NCBI GenBank assembly: GCA_963727695.1
Contig: CAVSHW010000057.1
Location: forward strand, 6,934-70,933
Direction of reading: 5' to 3'
DNA: 64,000 bases
Source: an uncultured Methylomirabilota bacterium
GTDB taxonomy: Bacteria; Methylomirabilota; Methylomirabilia; Methylomirabilales; 2-02-FULL-66-22
In this document: positions 53,467 through 64,000 of the stretch, piece by piece
Numbering within the stretch: position 1 is the stretch's first letter
How the letters are laid out: each line of letters opens with the position of its first letter
The notes under the pieces: generated by a model
Databases searched by the model: none
Seen by the model: only the letters and a program-made list of their open reading frames with translations
Told to the model about the DNA's origin: nothing
Position numbers and translations under genes: made by a program

Positions 53467-53796
53467 ATGGGTGTGGGACATCGACTGGCAGTACAGAAGA
53501 ACGACCTGATCGAGGTGATCGCCGGCAAGGACAAGGGGAAGCGCGGAAAGGTGCTGCGCGTGCTCCCCAAGATCGAAAAGATCCTGGTCGAGAAGATCAA
53601 CTTCGTCAAGAAGCACGAGAAGCCGGGTCGCCTGGGCCAGCGGGGCGGCATTCTGGAGCGGGAGAATCCCTTGCACGTGAGCAACGTGCAGCTCGTGTGC
53701 GGGAAATGCGATCGTCCGGTGCGGGTCGGGCGCACGCAATTGGCGGATGGACGCAGGATTCGGGTGTGCCGCGAGTGCGGCGAGACAATGGACTAG
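53467..53796 (+). CDS. rplX: 50S ribosomal protein L24 with C-terminal CxxC...CxxC
   Basis: ATG 53467 in ORF 53050..53796. KOW motif VIAGKDKGKRGKVLRV. C-terminus VCGKCDRPVRVGRTQLADGRRIRVCRECGETMD. Confidence 0.93.
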   Translation: MGVGHRLAVQKNDLIEVIAGKDKGKRGKVLRVLPKIEKILVEKINFVKKHEKPGRLGQRGGILERENPLHVSNVQLVCGKCDRPVRVGRTQLADGRRIRVCRECGETMD

Positions 53797-53799
53797 GCC

Positions 53800-54447
53800 A
53801 TGGCGGATAAGTCGGAACGCAAAGGCCGCGCGAGCGCGGCGAAGACGGACAAGGGCGAGAAGACGGCGAAGGCGAAGGCCGAGCCGGCTCCCAGCTTTCC
53901 GCGTGTCCCCGCGCGGCTGCGGGAGCGCTTCCGGCGGGAGATCACCCCGGCGCTGATGCAGCAATTCAGCTACTCGAACCGGATGCAGGTCCCCGAGATC
54001 AAGAAGATCGTGGTCAACATGGGTTTGGGCGAGGCGGTGGCCAACGTCAAGGTGATCGACGCGGCGGTTGCCGAGATGGCGCTCATCACCGGGCAGAAGC
54101 CGGTGGTGACGCGGGCCAAGAAGTCCGAGGCAGCCTTCAAGCTGCGGGCAGGAATGCCCATCGGGTGTAAGGTTACGCTGCGAGGCGAACGGATGTACGA
54201 GTTTCTGGATCGCCTGCTTTCCGTGGCCCTGCCCCGCATCCGAGACTTCCGCGGGGTCCCGACCAAGTCCTTCGATGGCCGGGGGAACTATTCCCTCGGA
54301 ATTCGCGAGCAACTGATCTTTCCGGAGATCCGCTACGACAAGGTGGACATGACCAGAGGAATGGATATCTGCATCCAAACCTCGGCCCGGACCGACGAAG
54401 AGAGCCGGGCACTCCTGGAGCAGGTTGGGTTTCCTTTCCGGAAGTAG
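53800..54447 (+). CDS. rplE: 50S ribosomal protein L5, with ~35-aa Lys/Ala-rich N-terminal extension
   Basis: Core: [41 protein letters not shown]...[20 protein letters not shown]. There is no in-frame ATG/GTG closer to the conserved core. Confidence 0.9.
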   Translation: MADKSERKGRASAAKTDKGEKTAKAKAEPAPSFPRVPARLRERFRREITPALMQQFSYSNRMQVPEIKKIVVNMGLGEAVANVKVIDAAVAEMALITGQKPVVTRAKKSEAAFKLRAGMPIGCKVTLRGERMYEFLDRLLSVALPRIRDFRGVPTKSFDGRGNYSLGIREQLIFPEIRYDKVDMTRGMDICIQTSARTDEESRALLEQVGFPFRK

Positions 54448-54459
54448 ACGAGAGGCGCT

Positions 54460-54645
54460 ATGGCGAAGACTAGCCTGATCATCAAGTCGCAACGGGAGCC
54501 CAAGTTCGGGGTCCGGCGGTACCATCGGTGCCGGATTTGTGGGCGGCCCAGGGGGTATCTCGGAAAATTCCAGATGTGCCGGATATGCTTCCGGTCGTTG
54601 GCGCTGCGCGGTGAGATTCCCGGCGTCATCAAGGCCTCGTGGTAG
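54460..54645 (+). CDS. rpsN: 30S ribosomal protein S14 type Z (Zn-binding)
   Basis: 61 aa: [61 protein letters not shown]. Confidence 0.95.
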   Translation: MAKTSLIIKSQREPKFGVRRYHRCRICGRPRGYLGKFQMCRICFRSLALRGEIPGVIKASW

Positions 54646-54676
54646 CCACTTTTCGCTCAGTGATGTGGAGTTGCGA

Positions 54677-55075
54677 ATGGCAATGACGGACCCGATCGCA
54701 GATATGCTGACCCGGATCCGCAACGCGAATCAGGCGTTGCTGGAGCGGCTGGACATTCCGGCGTCTCGCCTCAAGGTGGAACTGGCCAAGATCCTGAAAG
54801 CCGAGGGATATATCCGGGCCTACCGCCTGATCGACGACCAAAAGCAGGGGATCCTGCGGGTGTACCTGAAGTTCGGAGCGGGCAACGAGCGGGTTATCCG
54901 CGGGATCAAGCGAGTCAGTCGGCCGGGCCTGCGGGTATATCGCAAGGCCCTGAAGGTTCCCCAGACGGTGGAGGCATTGGGAGTCGCGGTGGTCTCCACC
55001 TCGCAGGGCCTCATGACCGGAAAGACCGCGCGGGAGCGCGGCCTGGGCGGCGAGGTACTGTGCTACGTGTGGTGA
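54677..55075 (+). CDS. rpsH: 30S ribosomal protein S8
   Basis: ATG 54677. [20 protein letters not shown]...[28 protein letters not shown]. Confidence 0.96.
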   Translation: MAMTDPIADMLTRIRNANQALLERLDIPASRLKVELAKILKAEGYIRAYRLIDDQKQGILRVYLKFGAGNERVIRGIKRVSRPGLRVYRKALKVPQTVEALGVAVVSTSQGLMTGKTARERGLGGEVLCYVW

Positions 55076-55154
55076 TTCGGATGGCCCCTTGCGACGGGTA
55101 GGGTCGGCGTCGACCTTCCGGATGTGGGCGCGGCCAGCGCGGAGCGGTAGGGGT

Positions 55155-55694
55155 ATGTCACGTATTGGCAGGCTTCCGATCCCAGTCCCCGAGGGCGTCA
55201 CAATCGACATCCAGGGGCAGACGGTCACGGTCCAGGGGCCCAAGGGGTCCCTGACACTCACGGCACACCCGGCGATCCAGGTGCAGATGGAGAACCGCAG
55301 CGTCCTGTGCCGGCGCTCCTCGGACGAGAAGGCCCACCGGGCGCTTCACGGTCTGACGCGGAGCCTTGTCCGCAACATGGTGGACGGGGTGGTCAAGGGC
55401 TTCGAGCGGCGACTGGAGCTGGTCGGCGTCGGCTACCGCGCCTCGCTTCTCGGGCCGAATCTGAATCTGGCCCTGGGATTCTCCCACCCGATCATCTATC
55501 CCGTTCCGAAGGGGATCAAGGTCGAGGTGAAGGACCAGACACAGGTCGTCGTGAGTGGCATCGACAAGCAGTTGGTGGGTGCGGTGGCGGCGAAGATCCG
55601 GAGCTTCCGGCCTCCCGAGCCATACAAGGGCAAGGGGGTCAAGTACGCCGAAGAACGGGTTCGGCGGAAGGCCGGAAAGGCCGGCGCGAAGTAG
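55155..55694 (+). CDS. rplF: 50S ribosomal protein L6
   Basis: ATG 55155. [31 protein letters not shown]...[11 protein letters not shown]. Confidence 0.96.
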   Translation: MSRIGRLPIPVPEGVTIDIQGQTVTVQGPKGSLTLTAHPAIQVQMENRSVLCRRSSDEKAHRALHGLTRSLVRNMVDGVVKGFERRLELVGVGYRASLLGPNLNLALGFSHPIIYPVPKGIKVEVKDQTQVVVSGIDKQLVGAVAAKIRSFRPPEPYKGKGVKYAEERVRRKAGKAGAK

Positions 55695-55741
55695 CGCCGT
55701 CTGGGGTGGGCGGATCCGACGAGGAGAGGAGAGGGCTGCAG

Positions 55742-56110
55742 GTGGGACAGCTTGAGGAGAAACGGGAAGCGCGAGTGCGTAGGCACCAGCGCGTGCGCAA
55801 GACGGTGCGGGGCACGGGGGATCGCCCACGACTCTGCGTCTTCAAGAGCAGCCGACATATCTACGCGCAGATCATCAACGACGAGGAGGGGCGGACGCTG
55901 GTGACGGCCTCGACTCTGTCGAAAGAGTTCGCGCGGCCGGGAGACCGGATGAAGAAGACCGAGGCCGCCAAGGTGGTGGGTACGATGGTGGCCGATCTGG
56001 CACTGGCGGCCAAGATCGAGTCGGTGGTCTTCGACCGGGGCGGCTATCCGTACCACGGGCGGATCAAGGCCCTGGCCGCGGCGGCCCGGGATAGGGGGTT
56101 GAAATTCTGA
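55742..56110 (+). CDS. rplR: 50S ribosomal protein L18
   Basis: GTG 55742. [44 protein letters not shown]...[26 protein letters not shown]. Confidence 0.93.
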   Translation: MGQLEEKREARVRRHQRVRKTVRGTGDRPRLCVFKSSRHIYAQIINDEEGRTLVTASTLSKEFARPGDRMKKTEAAKVVGTMVADLALAAKIESVVFDRGGYPYHGRIKALAAAARDRGLKF

Positions 56111-56655
56111 TGGGTGCCCCACAGTTGGTCCAGCGTATCATTGCGGAAGGCCTGCGCCTGACGGAGCGGGTGGTTCATATCAACCGGGTCGCCAAGGTGG
56201 TGAAGGGCGGCCGCCGGTTCAGCTTCAGTGCCTTAGTGGTGGTCGGGGATCAGGAGGGCCACGTCGGGGTGGGGCTCGGAAAGGCCAACGAAGTTCCCGA
56301 GGCCATCCGGAAGGGAATGGAGGAGGCCAAAAAGGGGTTGATCAAGGTCACTCTCAAGGGCAGCACGATTCCCCACGTGAGCCTTGGAGAGTACGGTGCC
56401 GGGCGCGTGCTGTTGAAGCCGGCTTCGGTGGGGACCGGGATCGTGGCGGGAGGCGCCGTCCGAGCGGTCTTGGAGGTGGTGGGGGTCAAGGATGTCCTGT
56501 CCAAGTCGCTCGGCTCGGACAACCCGCATAACGTGGTGAAGGCGACGATGCAGGGACTCAAGCAGCTCCGGTCGCAGGGGGACGCGGATCGGCTTCGAGG
56601 GCGTGAGGCGGCACCCGCGGCGGCGGTTGGGCGGGTAGAAGGAGGCCAGCCGTGA
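56110..56655 (+). CDS. rpsE: 30S ribosomal protein S5
   Basis: [49 protein letters not shown]. Confidence 0.96.
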   Translation: MGAPQLVQRIIAEGLRLTERVVHINRVAKVVKGGRRFSFSALVVVGDQEGHVGVGLGKANEVPEAIRKGMEEAKKGLIKVTLKGSTIPHVSLGEYGAGRVLLKPASVGTGIVAGGAVRAVLEVVGVKDVLSKSLGSDNPHNVVKATMQGLKQLRSQGDADRLRGREAAPAAAVGRVEGGQP

Positions 56656-56870
56656 GCGGGCGTCTCAAGATCACGCTCTACAAGAGCGCAATCGGGTCGC
56701 CGCCCCGTCAGCGGGAGGTCTTGCGCGGGTTGGGGCTGGGCCGGGTGAGTTCCAGCGTGGTCCGGCCGGATGACCCCGCCATTCGCGGCATGGTGACGAA
56801 GGTGACCCACCTGGTGAAGGTGGAGGTCATGTCCGGCGACGGGCGCGGCCACGGGGGCAAACGGGGATGA
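56652..56870 (+). CDS. rpmD: 50S ribosomal protein L30
   Basis: [57 protein letters not shown] start overlaps the rpsE stop. Confidence 0.9.
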   Translation: MSGRLKITLYKSAIGSPPRQREVLRGLGLGRVSSSVVRPDDPAIRGMVTKVTHLVKVEVMSGDGRGHGGKRG

Positions 56871-57313
56871 AACTGCACGAGTTGAAGCCGCCGGTGGGAT
56901 CGCGCCATCGACGCAAGATCGTGGGCCGCGGTCCGGGGTCGGGTCACGGGATGACCTCCGGCAGGGGAGAGAAGGGCCAGAAGGCGCGGTCGGGCGGAGG
57001 GACTCGGCCCGGCTTCGAGGGAGGCCAGCTCCCGCTCCATCGGCGCGTGCCCAAACGGGGGTTCGTGAGCCTCTTCCGCACGGAGTATGAGATCCTCAAC
57101 GTCAAGGACCTGGAGCGCTTCGCTCCAGGGACGGTCGTGACTCCCGCCAGCTTGGCCGCAGCCGGGATGGTGCGGGTGGCGAGTGCGGCAGTCAAGATCC
57201 TGGGCGAAGGGAGTCTGAGCAAGACTCTGACGGTTTCGGCGCACCGGTTCTCCAAGACCGCGGAGGAGAAGATCCGCGCGGCGGGCGGGACCGTCGAGGT
57301 CATCGGGTCGTGA
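56867..57313 (+). CDS. rplO: 50S ribosomal protein L15
   Basis: [45 protein letters not shown]. Confidence 0.95.
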   Translation: MKLHELKPPVGSRHRRKIVGRGPGSGHGMTSGRGEKGQKARSGGGTRPGFEGGQLPLHRRVPKRGFVSLFRTEYEILNVKDLERFAPGTVVTPASLAAAGMVRVASAAVKILGEGSLSKTLTVSAHRFSKTAEEKIRAAGGTVEVIGS

Positions 57314-58617
57314 TCGAGCAGGTCCGCAACATTTTCCGTGTCCCGGAGCTGAAGCGGCGAGTCCTCTTCACGTGCGCGCTTCTGATCGTGTACCGCATTG
57401 GGGCGCACGTTCCCACGCCGGGCATCGACGCTCACGCGCTGGCGCTCTTCTTCCAGCAGCAGGGCGGGAATCTCCTGGGCTTTTTTGATCTGTTTTCCGG
57501 CGGGGCGCTTCGGCGCCTGTCGGTGTTCGCCCTGGGGATCATGCCGTACATTTCGTCCTCCATCATCCTGCAGCTCTTGGCGGTGGTAGTCCCCGCCCTC
57601 GAGAAGCTGCAGAAGGAGGGGGAGGCCGGGCGGAAGAAGATCACCCAGTACACCCGCTTCGGCACCGTGGGTCTGGCGGCGATCCAGGGGCTCGGCATCG
57701 CCATCGGCCTGGAGAGCATGCAGATCAAGGGAGCCATGGTGGTTCCCTACCCCGGCTGGGCGTTTCGGATGATGACCACGATCACGCTCACGGCGGGAAC
57801 CTTGTTCCTGATGTGGCTGGGAGAGCAGATCAGCGAGCGCGGAGTCGGGAACGGCATCTCGCTCCTGATCTTCGCCGGGATCATCGTCCGTCTCCCCGAG
57901 GCGATCGTGGCATCCTGGACGATGATCACCCAGGGGGAATTGAATCCGCTCATCTTCCTCCTGCTCATCGTGATCATGGTGGTTACGGTGGCGGGGGTCA
58001 TCCTGATGACCCTGGGGCAGCGGCGGATACCGGTCCAGTACGCGAAGCGGGTGGTGGGTCGGCGGGTGTACGGCGGGCAGAGCACCCACATTCCGCTGCG
58101 TGTGAACACGGCGGGGGTCATCCCGGTCATCTTTGCCAGCTCCATCATCGCCTTTCCCGCCACCGCGGCCCAGTTCATTCAGCATCCGTGGGCGGCGGCG
58201 GTGAAGAGCTGGCTGGCCTTCGGGGGGGTCCCATACACCCTTCTCTACGCCGGCGGCATCATCTTCTTCACGTATTTCTATACCGCTATCATTTTCAATC
58301 CGGCCGACGTGGCCGACAACATGAAGAAGTACGGCGGATACATCCCTGGCATTCGGCCGGGGAGCAAGACGGCAGAATTCATCGAGCGCGTACTGGATCG
58401 GATCACCCTGGTCGGAGCGCTGTATTTGGCAGGAATCTCGATCCTTCCCGAGATCATGATCACCTGGATGAACGTGCCCTTCTACTTCGGGGGCACCTCG
58501 CTCCTGATCGTGGTCGGGGTGGCCCTGGACACGGTGCAGCAGGTCGAGTCTCACCTCCTGATGCGCCACTACGAGGGCTTCCTGAAGAAGGCGAAGGTCC
58601 GCGGGCGAATCAGCTAG
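57310..58617 (+). CDS. secY: preprotein translocase subunit SecY
   Basis: 435 aa, about 10 TM helices. [56 protein letters not shown]. Confidence 0.97.
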   Translation: MIEQVRNIFRVPELKRRVLFTCALLIVYRIGAHVPTPGIDAHALALFFQQQGGNLLGFFDLFSGGALRRLSVFALGIMPYISSSIILQLLAVVVPALEKLQKEGEAGRKKITQYTRFGTVGLAAIQGLGIAIGLESMQIKGAMVVPYPGWAFRMMTTITLTAGTLFLMWLGEQISERGVGNGISLLIFAGIIVRLPEAIVASWTMITQGELNPLIFLLLIVIMVVTVAGVILMTLGQRRIPVQYAKRVVGRRVYGGQSTHIPLRVNTAGVIPVIFASSIIAFPATAAQFIQHPWAAAVKSWLAFGGVPYTLLYAGGIIFFTYFYTAIIFNPADVADNMKKYGGYIPGIRPGSKTAEFIERVLDRITLVGALYLAGISILPEIMITWMNVPFYFGGTSLLIVVGVALDTVQQVESHLLMRHYEGFLKKAKVRGRIS

Positions 58618-58651
58618 CCCGGTCTCCGATGAGCCGGGGAGCGAAACGGAA

Positions 58652-59296
58652 ATGCGAATCATCCTCTTGGGGCCTCCTGGCGCCGGCAAAGGGACGCAGG
58701 CCAAGCTTCTGATCGAGAGGCTCGGCATCCCGCAGATTTCGACCGGCGACATGCTGCGGGCGGCGGTGAAGGCGGGGACCCCCCTGGGTGCGGAGGCCAA
58801 AGCCTATATGGATCGTGGGGGCTTGGTCCCGGATGCGGTCATCATCGGTCTGGTCCGGGAGCGTCTACAGGTCAAGGATTGCTCCCGAGGCTACATTCTT
58901 GACGGCTTTCCCCGGACTGCGGCGCAGGCCGAGGCACTGGAGACGACGCTCAAGGATCTCCATCTCAGTCTGGATCACGTCCTGTGTCTGGAGGTGCCCA
59001 GCGAGGATCTCGTTTCACGTATCGCAGGGCGACGGACGTGTCGAAATTGCGGGGCGATGTATCACCTGCGGTTTTCCCCTTCCAAGCGTGAGGGTGTCTG
59101 CGATGCCTGCGGGGGGGAGACGTACCAGCGGGATGACGATCGGGAGGAGACGGTCCGGCAAAGACTGCTGGTGTACGAGGAGCAGACGGCGCCCCTGATC
59201 CGCTTCTACGATGGGCGGGGACTGCTGCGCCGCATCCCGGGGACGGGGGAGATCGCCGAGATTTTCGCCCGGATGGTGAAGAGTCTGGGCGTCTGA
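58652..59296 (+). CDS. adk: adenylate kinase (C4 Zn lid)
   Basis: MRIILLGPPGAGKGTQA P-loop. The lid is CRNCGAMYHLRFSPSKREGVCDACGG. Confidence 0.96.
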   Translation: MRIILLGPPGAGKGTQAKLLIERLGIPQISTGDMLRAAVKAGTPLGAEAKAYMDRGGLVPDAVIIGLVRERLQVKDCSRGYILDGFPRTAAQAEALETTLKDLHLSLDHVLCLEVPSEDLVSRIAGRRTCRNCGAMYHLRFSPSKREGVCDACGGETYQRDDDREETVRQRLLVYEEQTAPLIRFYDGRGLLRRIPGTGEIAEIFARMVKSLGV

Positions 59297-59299
59297 GAC

Positions 59300-60067
59300 A
59301 TGCGGGATAAGATCATCCTAAAGGCTCCCTGGGAGTTGGAGATCCTGCGACGGAGCAATCGGCTGGTGGCCGAGACGTTGCGCGAGCTGACTCGGATGGT
59401 TCGACCCGGGGTGAGTACGCTGGAGTTGGATCGGTTCGCCGAGACCTATCTCCGAGAGCGGGGAGCTCGGCCGGCCTTTAAGGGATATCGGGATTACCCG
59501 TTCACGCTCTGCGCCTCGGTCAACGAGGCGGTGGTCCACGGGTTTCCGTCGACCCGTCTTCTCCGGGAAGGGGATATTCTGAGTCTGGATATGGGTGCCG
59601 TCGTTGACGGGTACTACGGGGACGCGGCCGTTACCCTGCCGGTGGGACGGATCTCCGGAGAGGCGGAACGGCTGCTCCGTGTGACCCGGGAATGTCTGGA
59701 GCGGTCGGTCGGGGCAGCCCAGCCAGGCGGGCGTCTCGCTGATATTTCGCAGGCCGTACAGGGGCACGCCGAAGCGAACGGGTTCTCGGTGGTTCGAGTG
59801 TTCGTGGGGCACGGTATCGGCAAGGCGCTGCACGAGGCCCCACAGATCCCGAATTTCGTGGACGCGGGGCAGGGAAGAGGTCCGGTCCTGAAGGCAGGGA
59901 TGGTGTTGGCCATCGAGCCGATGGTCAACGCAGGAGGGCCGGACGTCCGGGTGCTGGATGACAAGTGGACGGCGGTGACCGCCGATGGCGCGTTGTCTGC
60001 CCATTTCGAGCATACGGTAGCCATCACGGAACACGGATCGGAAGTCCTCACGCTGTTGGACGGGTAA
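59300..60067 (+). CDS. map: type I methionine aminopeptidase
   Basis: [53 protein letters not shown]. Confidence 0.95.
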   Translation: MRDKIILKAPWELEILRRSNRLVAETLRELTRMVRPGVSTLELDRFAETYLRERGARPAFKGYRDYPFTLCASVNEAVVHGFPSTRLLREGDILSLDMGAVVDGYYGDAAVTLPVGRISGEAERLLRVTRECLERSVGAAQPGGRLADISQAVQGHAEANGFSVVRVFVGHGIGKALHEAPQIPNFVDAGQGRGPVLKAGMVLAIEPMVNAGGPDVRVLDDKWTAVTADGALSAHFEHTVAITEHGSEVLTLLDG

Positions 60068-60111
60068 GCTGCCCGAGAGGGGCGCCACCCGCACGAGGAA
60101 CGCCAAGGCCT

Positions 60112-60330
60112 ATGGCCAAAGAAGAGGCCATTGAAGTCGAGGGGACGGTAGTCGAGCCGCTTCCCAATGCGATGTTTCGGGTGCAACTCGAAACCGGACA
60201 CAAGGTGCTGGCCCATATCTCCGGGAAGATGCGGATGCACTTCATCCGGATCCTGCCCGGGGACAAGGTCACGGTGGAATTGTCGCCCTACGATCTCACG
60301 CGGGGACGGATTATCTACCGCTACAAATGA
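60112..60330 (+). CDS. infA: translation initiation factor IF-1
   Basis: ATG 60112. [72 protein letters not shown]. Confidence 0.97.
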   Translation: MAKEEAIEVEGTVVEPLPNAMFRVQLETGHKVLAHISGKMRMHFIRILPGDKVTVELSPYDLTRGRIIYRYK

Positions 60331-60394
60331 CCCGGGTCACCGAGACTGGCCGCCGTGGTGGGGCCGGACGGGGACCGGGGAGACGGGTGCAGGG

Positions 60395-60508
60395 ATGAAG
60401 GTGCGGGCGTCGGTTAAACCAATGTGCGAGAAGTGCAAGGTCATCAAGCGGAAAGGGGTCCTCCGCGTCGTATGCGAGAACCCCAAGCACAAGCAGCGCC
60501 AGGGATAA
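60395..60508 (+). CDS. rpmJ: 50S ribosomal protein L36
   Basis: [37 protein letters not shown] (37 aa). Confidence 0.95.
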   Translation: MKVRASVKPMCEKCKVIKRKGVLRVVCENPKHKQRQG

Positions 60509-60532
60509 GCTGACGGCGCCAGGGAGGTTCAC

Positions 60533-60934
60533 GTGGCGAGAATAGCGGGGGTGGATCTGCCCCGGGAGAAACGGTTGGAGGTCGCCCTCACCTACATCTA
60601 CGGGATCGGGCGATCCCTGTCCAAGAAGATCCTGTCCGAGGCCGAGGTGGGCGTGGAGGTCCGGGTCAAGGATCTCACCGAGGACCAGGTCAGCAAACTG
60701 CGCCGGGTCATCGAGGGCGGCTACCGAGTGGAAGGCGATCTGAAGCGGCAAGTGGCCATGGACGTCAAGCGACTCATGGACATCGGCTGCTACCGCGGCC
60801 TGCGCCATCGCCGAGGACTTCCTGTGCGGGGGCAGCGTACCAGCACCAACGCGCGGACGCGCAAGGGGCCGAAGCGTGCGGTTGGGGTGAAGCGGTCTGC
60901 GAAGCCCGCCCCGACGACCGGCAAGGGCGCATAG
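60533..60934 (+). CDS. rpsM: 30S ribosomal protein S13
   Basis: [25 protein letters not shown]...[26 protein letters not shown]. Confidence 0.96.
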   Translation: MARIAGVDLPREKRLEVALTYIYGIGRSLSKKILSEAEVGVEVRVKDLTEDQVSKLRRVIEGGYRVEGDLKRQVAMDVKRLMDIGCYRGLRHRRGLPVRGQRTSTNARTRKGPKRAVGVKRSAKPAPTTGKGA

Positions 60935-61010
60935 GATCGGCGGAGGATTCATGGGTGTCGGGCCTGCGTCGGACGCCCCCGCATGGATTTCGGCACATCC
61001 GGAGGAATGA

Positions 61011-61415
61011 ATGGCGACACCAGTGAAGCGAACGGGCTCCTCGCGTCCCAGCAAGAAAGAGGGGAAAGGGGTCACCCACGGCATCGCGTGCATCCAGGCC
61101 ACCTTCAACAACACCATCGTGACGATCACGGATGGGGCGGGCAATGTGGTGACCTGGGCCAGTGCGGGCAGCGCGGGATTCAAAGGCTCTCGGAAGAGCA
61201 CCCCCTTTGCGGCCCAGATGGCGGCGGAGAACGCGGCAGGGAAGGCTATCTCGCAGGGGATGAAAGAGGTCAAGGTATTTGTGAAGGGGCCCGGGGCCGG
61301 GCGGGAGGCGGCGATCCGTTCCCTGCAAGCGGCAGGGCTGGAGATCACGGCCATCAAGGACGTGACGCCGATTCCGCACAACGGGTGCCGGCCGCGCAAA
61401 CGGCGGCGCGTCTAA
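61011..61415 (+). CDS. rpsK: 30S ribosomal protein S11
   Basis: [46 protein letters not shown]...[18 protein letters not shown]. Confidence 0.96.
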   Translation: MATPVKRTGSSRPSKKEGKGVTHGIACIQATFNNTIVTITDGAGNVVTWASAGSAGFKGSRKSTPFAAQMAAENAAGKAISQGMKEVKVFVKGPGAGREAAIRSLQAAGLEITAIKDVTPIPHNGCRPRKRRRV

Positions 61416-61430
61416 GAAGGAGTAAGCGTA

Positions 61431-62057
61431 GTGGCCCGACATACCGATCCGGTCTGCAGGCTGTGCCGACGGGAGGGCATGAAGCTCTTCCTCAAGGGCG
61501 ATCGTTGCTTCTCGGCGAAGTGCTCCCAAGAAAAGCGGAGCTATCCACCCGGGCAGCACGGGCAGCGTCGGTCGAAGCCGTCCGAGTACGGCCTGCAATT
61601 GCGCGAGAAACAAAAGATGAAGCGGATTTACGGCGTCCTGGAGACGCAGTTCCGCACCTATTTCAAGATGGCCGCCCGGCAGAAGGGGATCACCGGCGAA
61701 AACCTGGTCCGTCTCCTCGAACAGCGACTGGATAACGTGGTGCACCGTCTCGGCCTCGCAGCCTCCCGCGCCCAGGCGCGTGTGCTCGTCCGGCACGGCC
61801 ACTTCCATGTGAACGGCCGCCGTGTGACCATTTCTTCCGCTCTCCTCCGGGCGGGCGATACGGTGGAGGTGGCGCAGAAGAGCCGCGAGCTGAGCGAGAT
61901 CGTCGCCGCCATCGAAGGGGCGAAGAAGCGTCGGGTTCCCTCCTGGCTCGAGTTGGACGCAGCCAACTTCAAAGGGACGGTCCGCACCCTCCCCAGCAAG
62001 GACGAGATGGCCATACCGGTTCAGGAGCAACTCGTGGTTGCCCTGTATTCCAAGTAG
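61431..62057 (+). CDS. rpsD: 30S ribosomal protein S4 (N-terminal Cys cluster)
   Basis: [30 protein letters not shown]...[19 protein letters not shown], plus an S4 RNA-binding domain. Confidence 0.96.
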   Translation: MARHTDPVCRLCRREGMKLFLKGDRCFSAKCSQEKRSYPPGQHGQRRSKPSEYGLQLREKQKMKRIYGVLETQFRTYFKMAARQKGITGENLVRLLEQRLDNVVHRLGLAASRAQARVLVRHGHFHVNGRRVTISSALLRAGDTVEVAQKSRELSEIVAAIEGAKKRRVPSWLELDAANFKGTVRTLPSKDEMAIPVQEQLVVALYSK

Positions 62058-62079
62058 GGCGGCGAGGGAGAGGCTGAGC

Positions 62080-63084
62080 ATGCAGAAGTTCAAGGGATTC
62101 CAGAAACCCAAGCGGCTTGAGCCAGAGCTCGAGACCCTCACCAACACGTACGGGAAGTTCTTCGCGGAACCGCTGGAGCGCGGTTTCGGGCTGACCTTGG
62201 GGAACTCGCTCCGGCGGGTGCTCCTCTCGGCGATCGAGGGGGCGGCGGTCACCTCTGTCCGCATCGCCGGGGTTCTACACGAGTTTTCCACGGTGCCGGG
62301 CGTGAAGGAAGATGTCACCGACATCATCCTGAACCTGAAGCTGCTCCGATTGAAGCTGAACGCGGACCACCCCAAGACCCTCACGCTGAAGGCGGCGGGG
62401 GAGGGGGAGGTCCGCGCCGCGCAAATCACCCCCGACGCGGATATCGAGGTCCTGTCGCCGGACCAGTACATCTGCAGTCTGGACAAGGACGGGCGACTGG
62501 ACATGGAGTTGGAGGTGCGGCACGGACGCGGCTATGTCCCGGCGGATAGGAACAAGCACGAGGGGACGCCGGTGGACGTGATCCCGATCGATGCGATCTT
62601 CTCCCCGGTCCGGAGGGTCAACTTCCAGGTGGAGGATACCCGGGTCGGGCAGGCGACGGATTACAACAGGCTGATCCTGGAGGTGTGGACCGACGGATCG
62701 TTACTGCCCCAGGACGCCGTGGCCTACGCCGCCAAGATCCTCAAAGATCACCTCAGCATCTTCATCAACTTCGAGGAGGAGCCGGAGCTGGAAGAGTCGC
62801 CGGTGGACGAGGCGAGCAAACGTATGGAGGAGAACCTGAGCCGCCCGGTTGAAGAGTTGGAGCTGTCGGTCCGCTCTGCCAACTGCCTCAAGAACTCCAA
62901 CATCAGCCATATCCGCGAGCTGGTGGAGAAGACCGAGACCGAGATGCTCAAGACGAAGAATTTCGGTCGGAAGTCGCTCAACGAGATCAAGGAGATCCTG
63001 GCAGGCATGGGATTGAGTCTGGGCATGAAGCTGGAAGGACTGCCCGTGGGCGAGGCTGCCAGGCGGAAGGCAGCCAAGGGCTAG
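62080..63084 (+). CDS. rpoA: DNA-directed RNA polymerase subunit alpha
   Basis: ATG 62080. [22 protein letters not shown], and C-terminal domain [23 protein letters not shown]...[13 protein letters not shown]. Confidence 0.96.
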   Translation: MQKFKGFQKPKRLEPELETLTNTYGKFFAEPLERGFGLTLGNSLRRVLLSAIEGAAVTSVRIAGVLHEFSTVPGVKEDVTDIILNLKLLRLKLNADHPKTLTLKAAGEGEVRAAQITPDADIEVLSPDQYICSLDKDGRLDMELEVRHGRGYVPADRNKHEGTPVDVIPIDAIFSPVRRVNFQVEDTRVGQATDYNRLILEVWTDGSLLPQDAVAYAAKILKDHLSIFINFEEEPELEESPVDEASKRMEENLSRPVEELELSVRSANCLKNSNISHIRELVEKTETEMLKTKNFGRKSLNEIKEILAGMGLSLGMKLEGLPVGEAARRKAAKG

Positions 63085-63117
63085 GCCCGGCGGACACACC
63101 GGGGGAGACCAACGGCA

Positions 63118-63627
63118 ATGCGGCACAGGCAAGCGGGACGAAAACTCGGTCGGACCATGGCGCATCGGGAGATGATGATGCGGAATTTGGCGACATCCCT
63201 GGTCCTCTACGAGAAGATCATCACCACGGCGGCGAAGGCCAAGGATCTCCGCGGCGTCGCGGAGAAGATGGTCACCTTGGCGAAGCGCGAGGATTTGCAC
63301 GCGCGCCGGCAGGCGGCAGAGGTCCTGAACGACGACAAGGCGCTGAAGAAGCTGTTTGAGACGATCGGGGCTCGGTTTCGCGAAAGAAACGGCGGATACA
63401 CCCGGATCACCAAGCTGGACTACCGTATGGGCGATGGGGCGCCGCTGGCCGCCATCGAGTTCCTCGGGGCGGAGCCTGCGCCAGAGACGAAGGGCAAGTC
63501 CAAGCCCCGCGGTACAGAGAAGACGGAGGGGGAGGGCGCTCCCCAGACTCGGCGCCGGCGTCGCCGGCGAGGCAAGCGCGGCGGCACGGCGGCAGAAACG
63601 GCTTCCACGTCCGGCTCGGATAGCTAG
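63118..63627 (+). CDS. rplQ: 50S ribosomal protein L17, with basic C-terminal tail
   Basis: [45 protein letters not shown]...GGYTRITKL. The tail contains [12 protein letters not shown]. Confidence 0.95.
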   Translation: MRHRQAGRKLGRTMAHREMMMRNLATSLVLYEKIITTAAKAKDLRGVAEKMVTLAKREDLHARRQAAEVLNDDKALKKLFETIGARFRERNGGYTRITKLDYRMGDGAPLAAIEFLGAEPAPETKGKSKPRGTEKTEGEGAPQTRRRRRRRGKRGGTAAETASTSGSDS

Positions 63628-63656
63628 TCTCTCGGCCCGAGAGGGAGAAGACGTCG

Positions 63657-63697
63657 CGCGCCCTTCTGCAGTCGCCTGCGGGAGGGCGCGTTTTTTT
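63657..63697 (+). terminator. intrinsic terminator after rplQ
   Basis: CGCGCCCT (63657-63664) pairs with AGGGCGCG (63683-63690), followed by TTTTTTT (63691-63697). Confidence 0.75.
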
Positions 63698-63722
63698 GCA
63701 GCCCGGAAAGGGACCCCGACGG

Positions 63723-64000
63723 ATGGAGATCCTGCTCAAGTACGGACGAACGGCGCAGCGCCTTCCCCTTCCCGCGGGGATGCGGGTGTCCGTCCTTGCA
63801 CCCGGGCGGACGGCCGGTTCCGGCGGGGAGACCGACCTCATCCGCTCCGCCCTGGCCGATCCCATCGGCAGCCCCCGGCTTTCCCGGTCGGTTTCCCCGG
63901 GAGAGCAGGTCGTGATCGTCACCTCCGACATCACGCGCCCGTGTCCGACGGCCCGCCTGCTGCCGCACATCCTGGATGAATTGCACCAAGCCGGCGTCGC
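63723..64000 (+). CDS. LarA-like (lactate racemase N-terminal / DUF2088) protein, 3' end outside window
   Basis: My own translation from ATG 63723 is MEILLKYGRTAQRLPLPAGMRVSVL...DPIGSPRLSRSVSPGEQVVIVTSDITRPCPTARLLPHILDELHQAGV. The frame stays open to the window end. The VIV-x-D-x-TRP-x-P motif is typical of LarA N-domains. Confidence 0.55.
   Translation, partial: MEILLKYGRTAQRLPLPAGMRVSVLAPGRTAGSGGETDLIRSALADPIGSPRLSRSVSPGEQVVIVTSDITRPCPTARLLPHILDELHQAGV

Overview
High-GC (~63-65% by eye) bacterial chromosome segment with almost every gene on the + strand, and about 85% of it is core housekeeping. I cannot name the organism from the sequence alone. The LolB-like lipoprotein and the Mla lipid-transport genes suggest a two-membrane (diderm) cell.

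Gene content in order:
- (1) 1-20 kb: TPR protein, LolB-like lipoprotein, ispE, prs, rplY/ctc, pth, rpsF-ssb-rpsR, a DUF2232 membrane protein, rplI, dnaB. Then an unknown secreted repeat protein translationally coupled to mlaE-mlaF-mlaD. Then radA, carD, a PIN/TRAM protein, ispD, ispF, cysS, rlmB.
- (2) 20.3-28.9 kb: the only accessory region, a Type I restriction-modification island. It carries hsdM, hsdS, a four-helix-bundle/Zn-ribbon gene with GATCGGNNN 9-bp repeat linkers, hsdR, and a YgjP-like HExxH peptidase. Every one of these genes is broken by many +/-1 frame changes.
- (3) 29-64 kb: tandem promoters, then tRNA-Thr/Tyr/Gly/Thr-tuf, rpmG, tRNA-Trp, secE-nusG, rplKAJL, rpoBC, and the str operon (rpsL-rpsG-fusA-tuf). 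Then the S10/spc/alpha ribosomal operons with secY, adk, map, infA, rpmJ, rpoA, rplQ. The window ends in the 5' end of a LarA-like gene.

Main points of interest:
- The indel-riddled R-M island.
- The repeat-linked modular gene inside that island.
- The unknown repeat protein fused to the Mla operon.
- Single-base frameshifts in ispF and in the essential fusA.
- Two concerted-evolution tuf copies.
- A few unexplained non-coding stretches.

No CRISPR array, rRNA gene, transposase or integrase was seen. All family assignments come from reading the translated ORFs. No database search was run.
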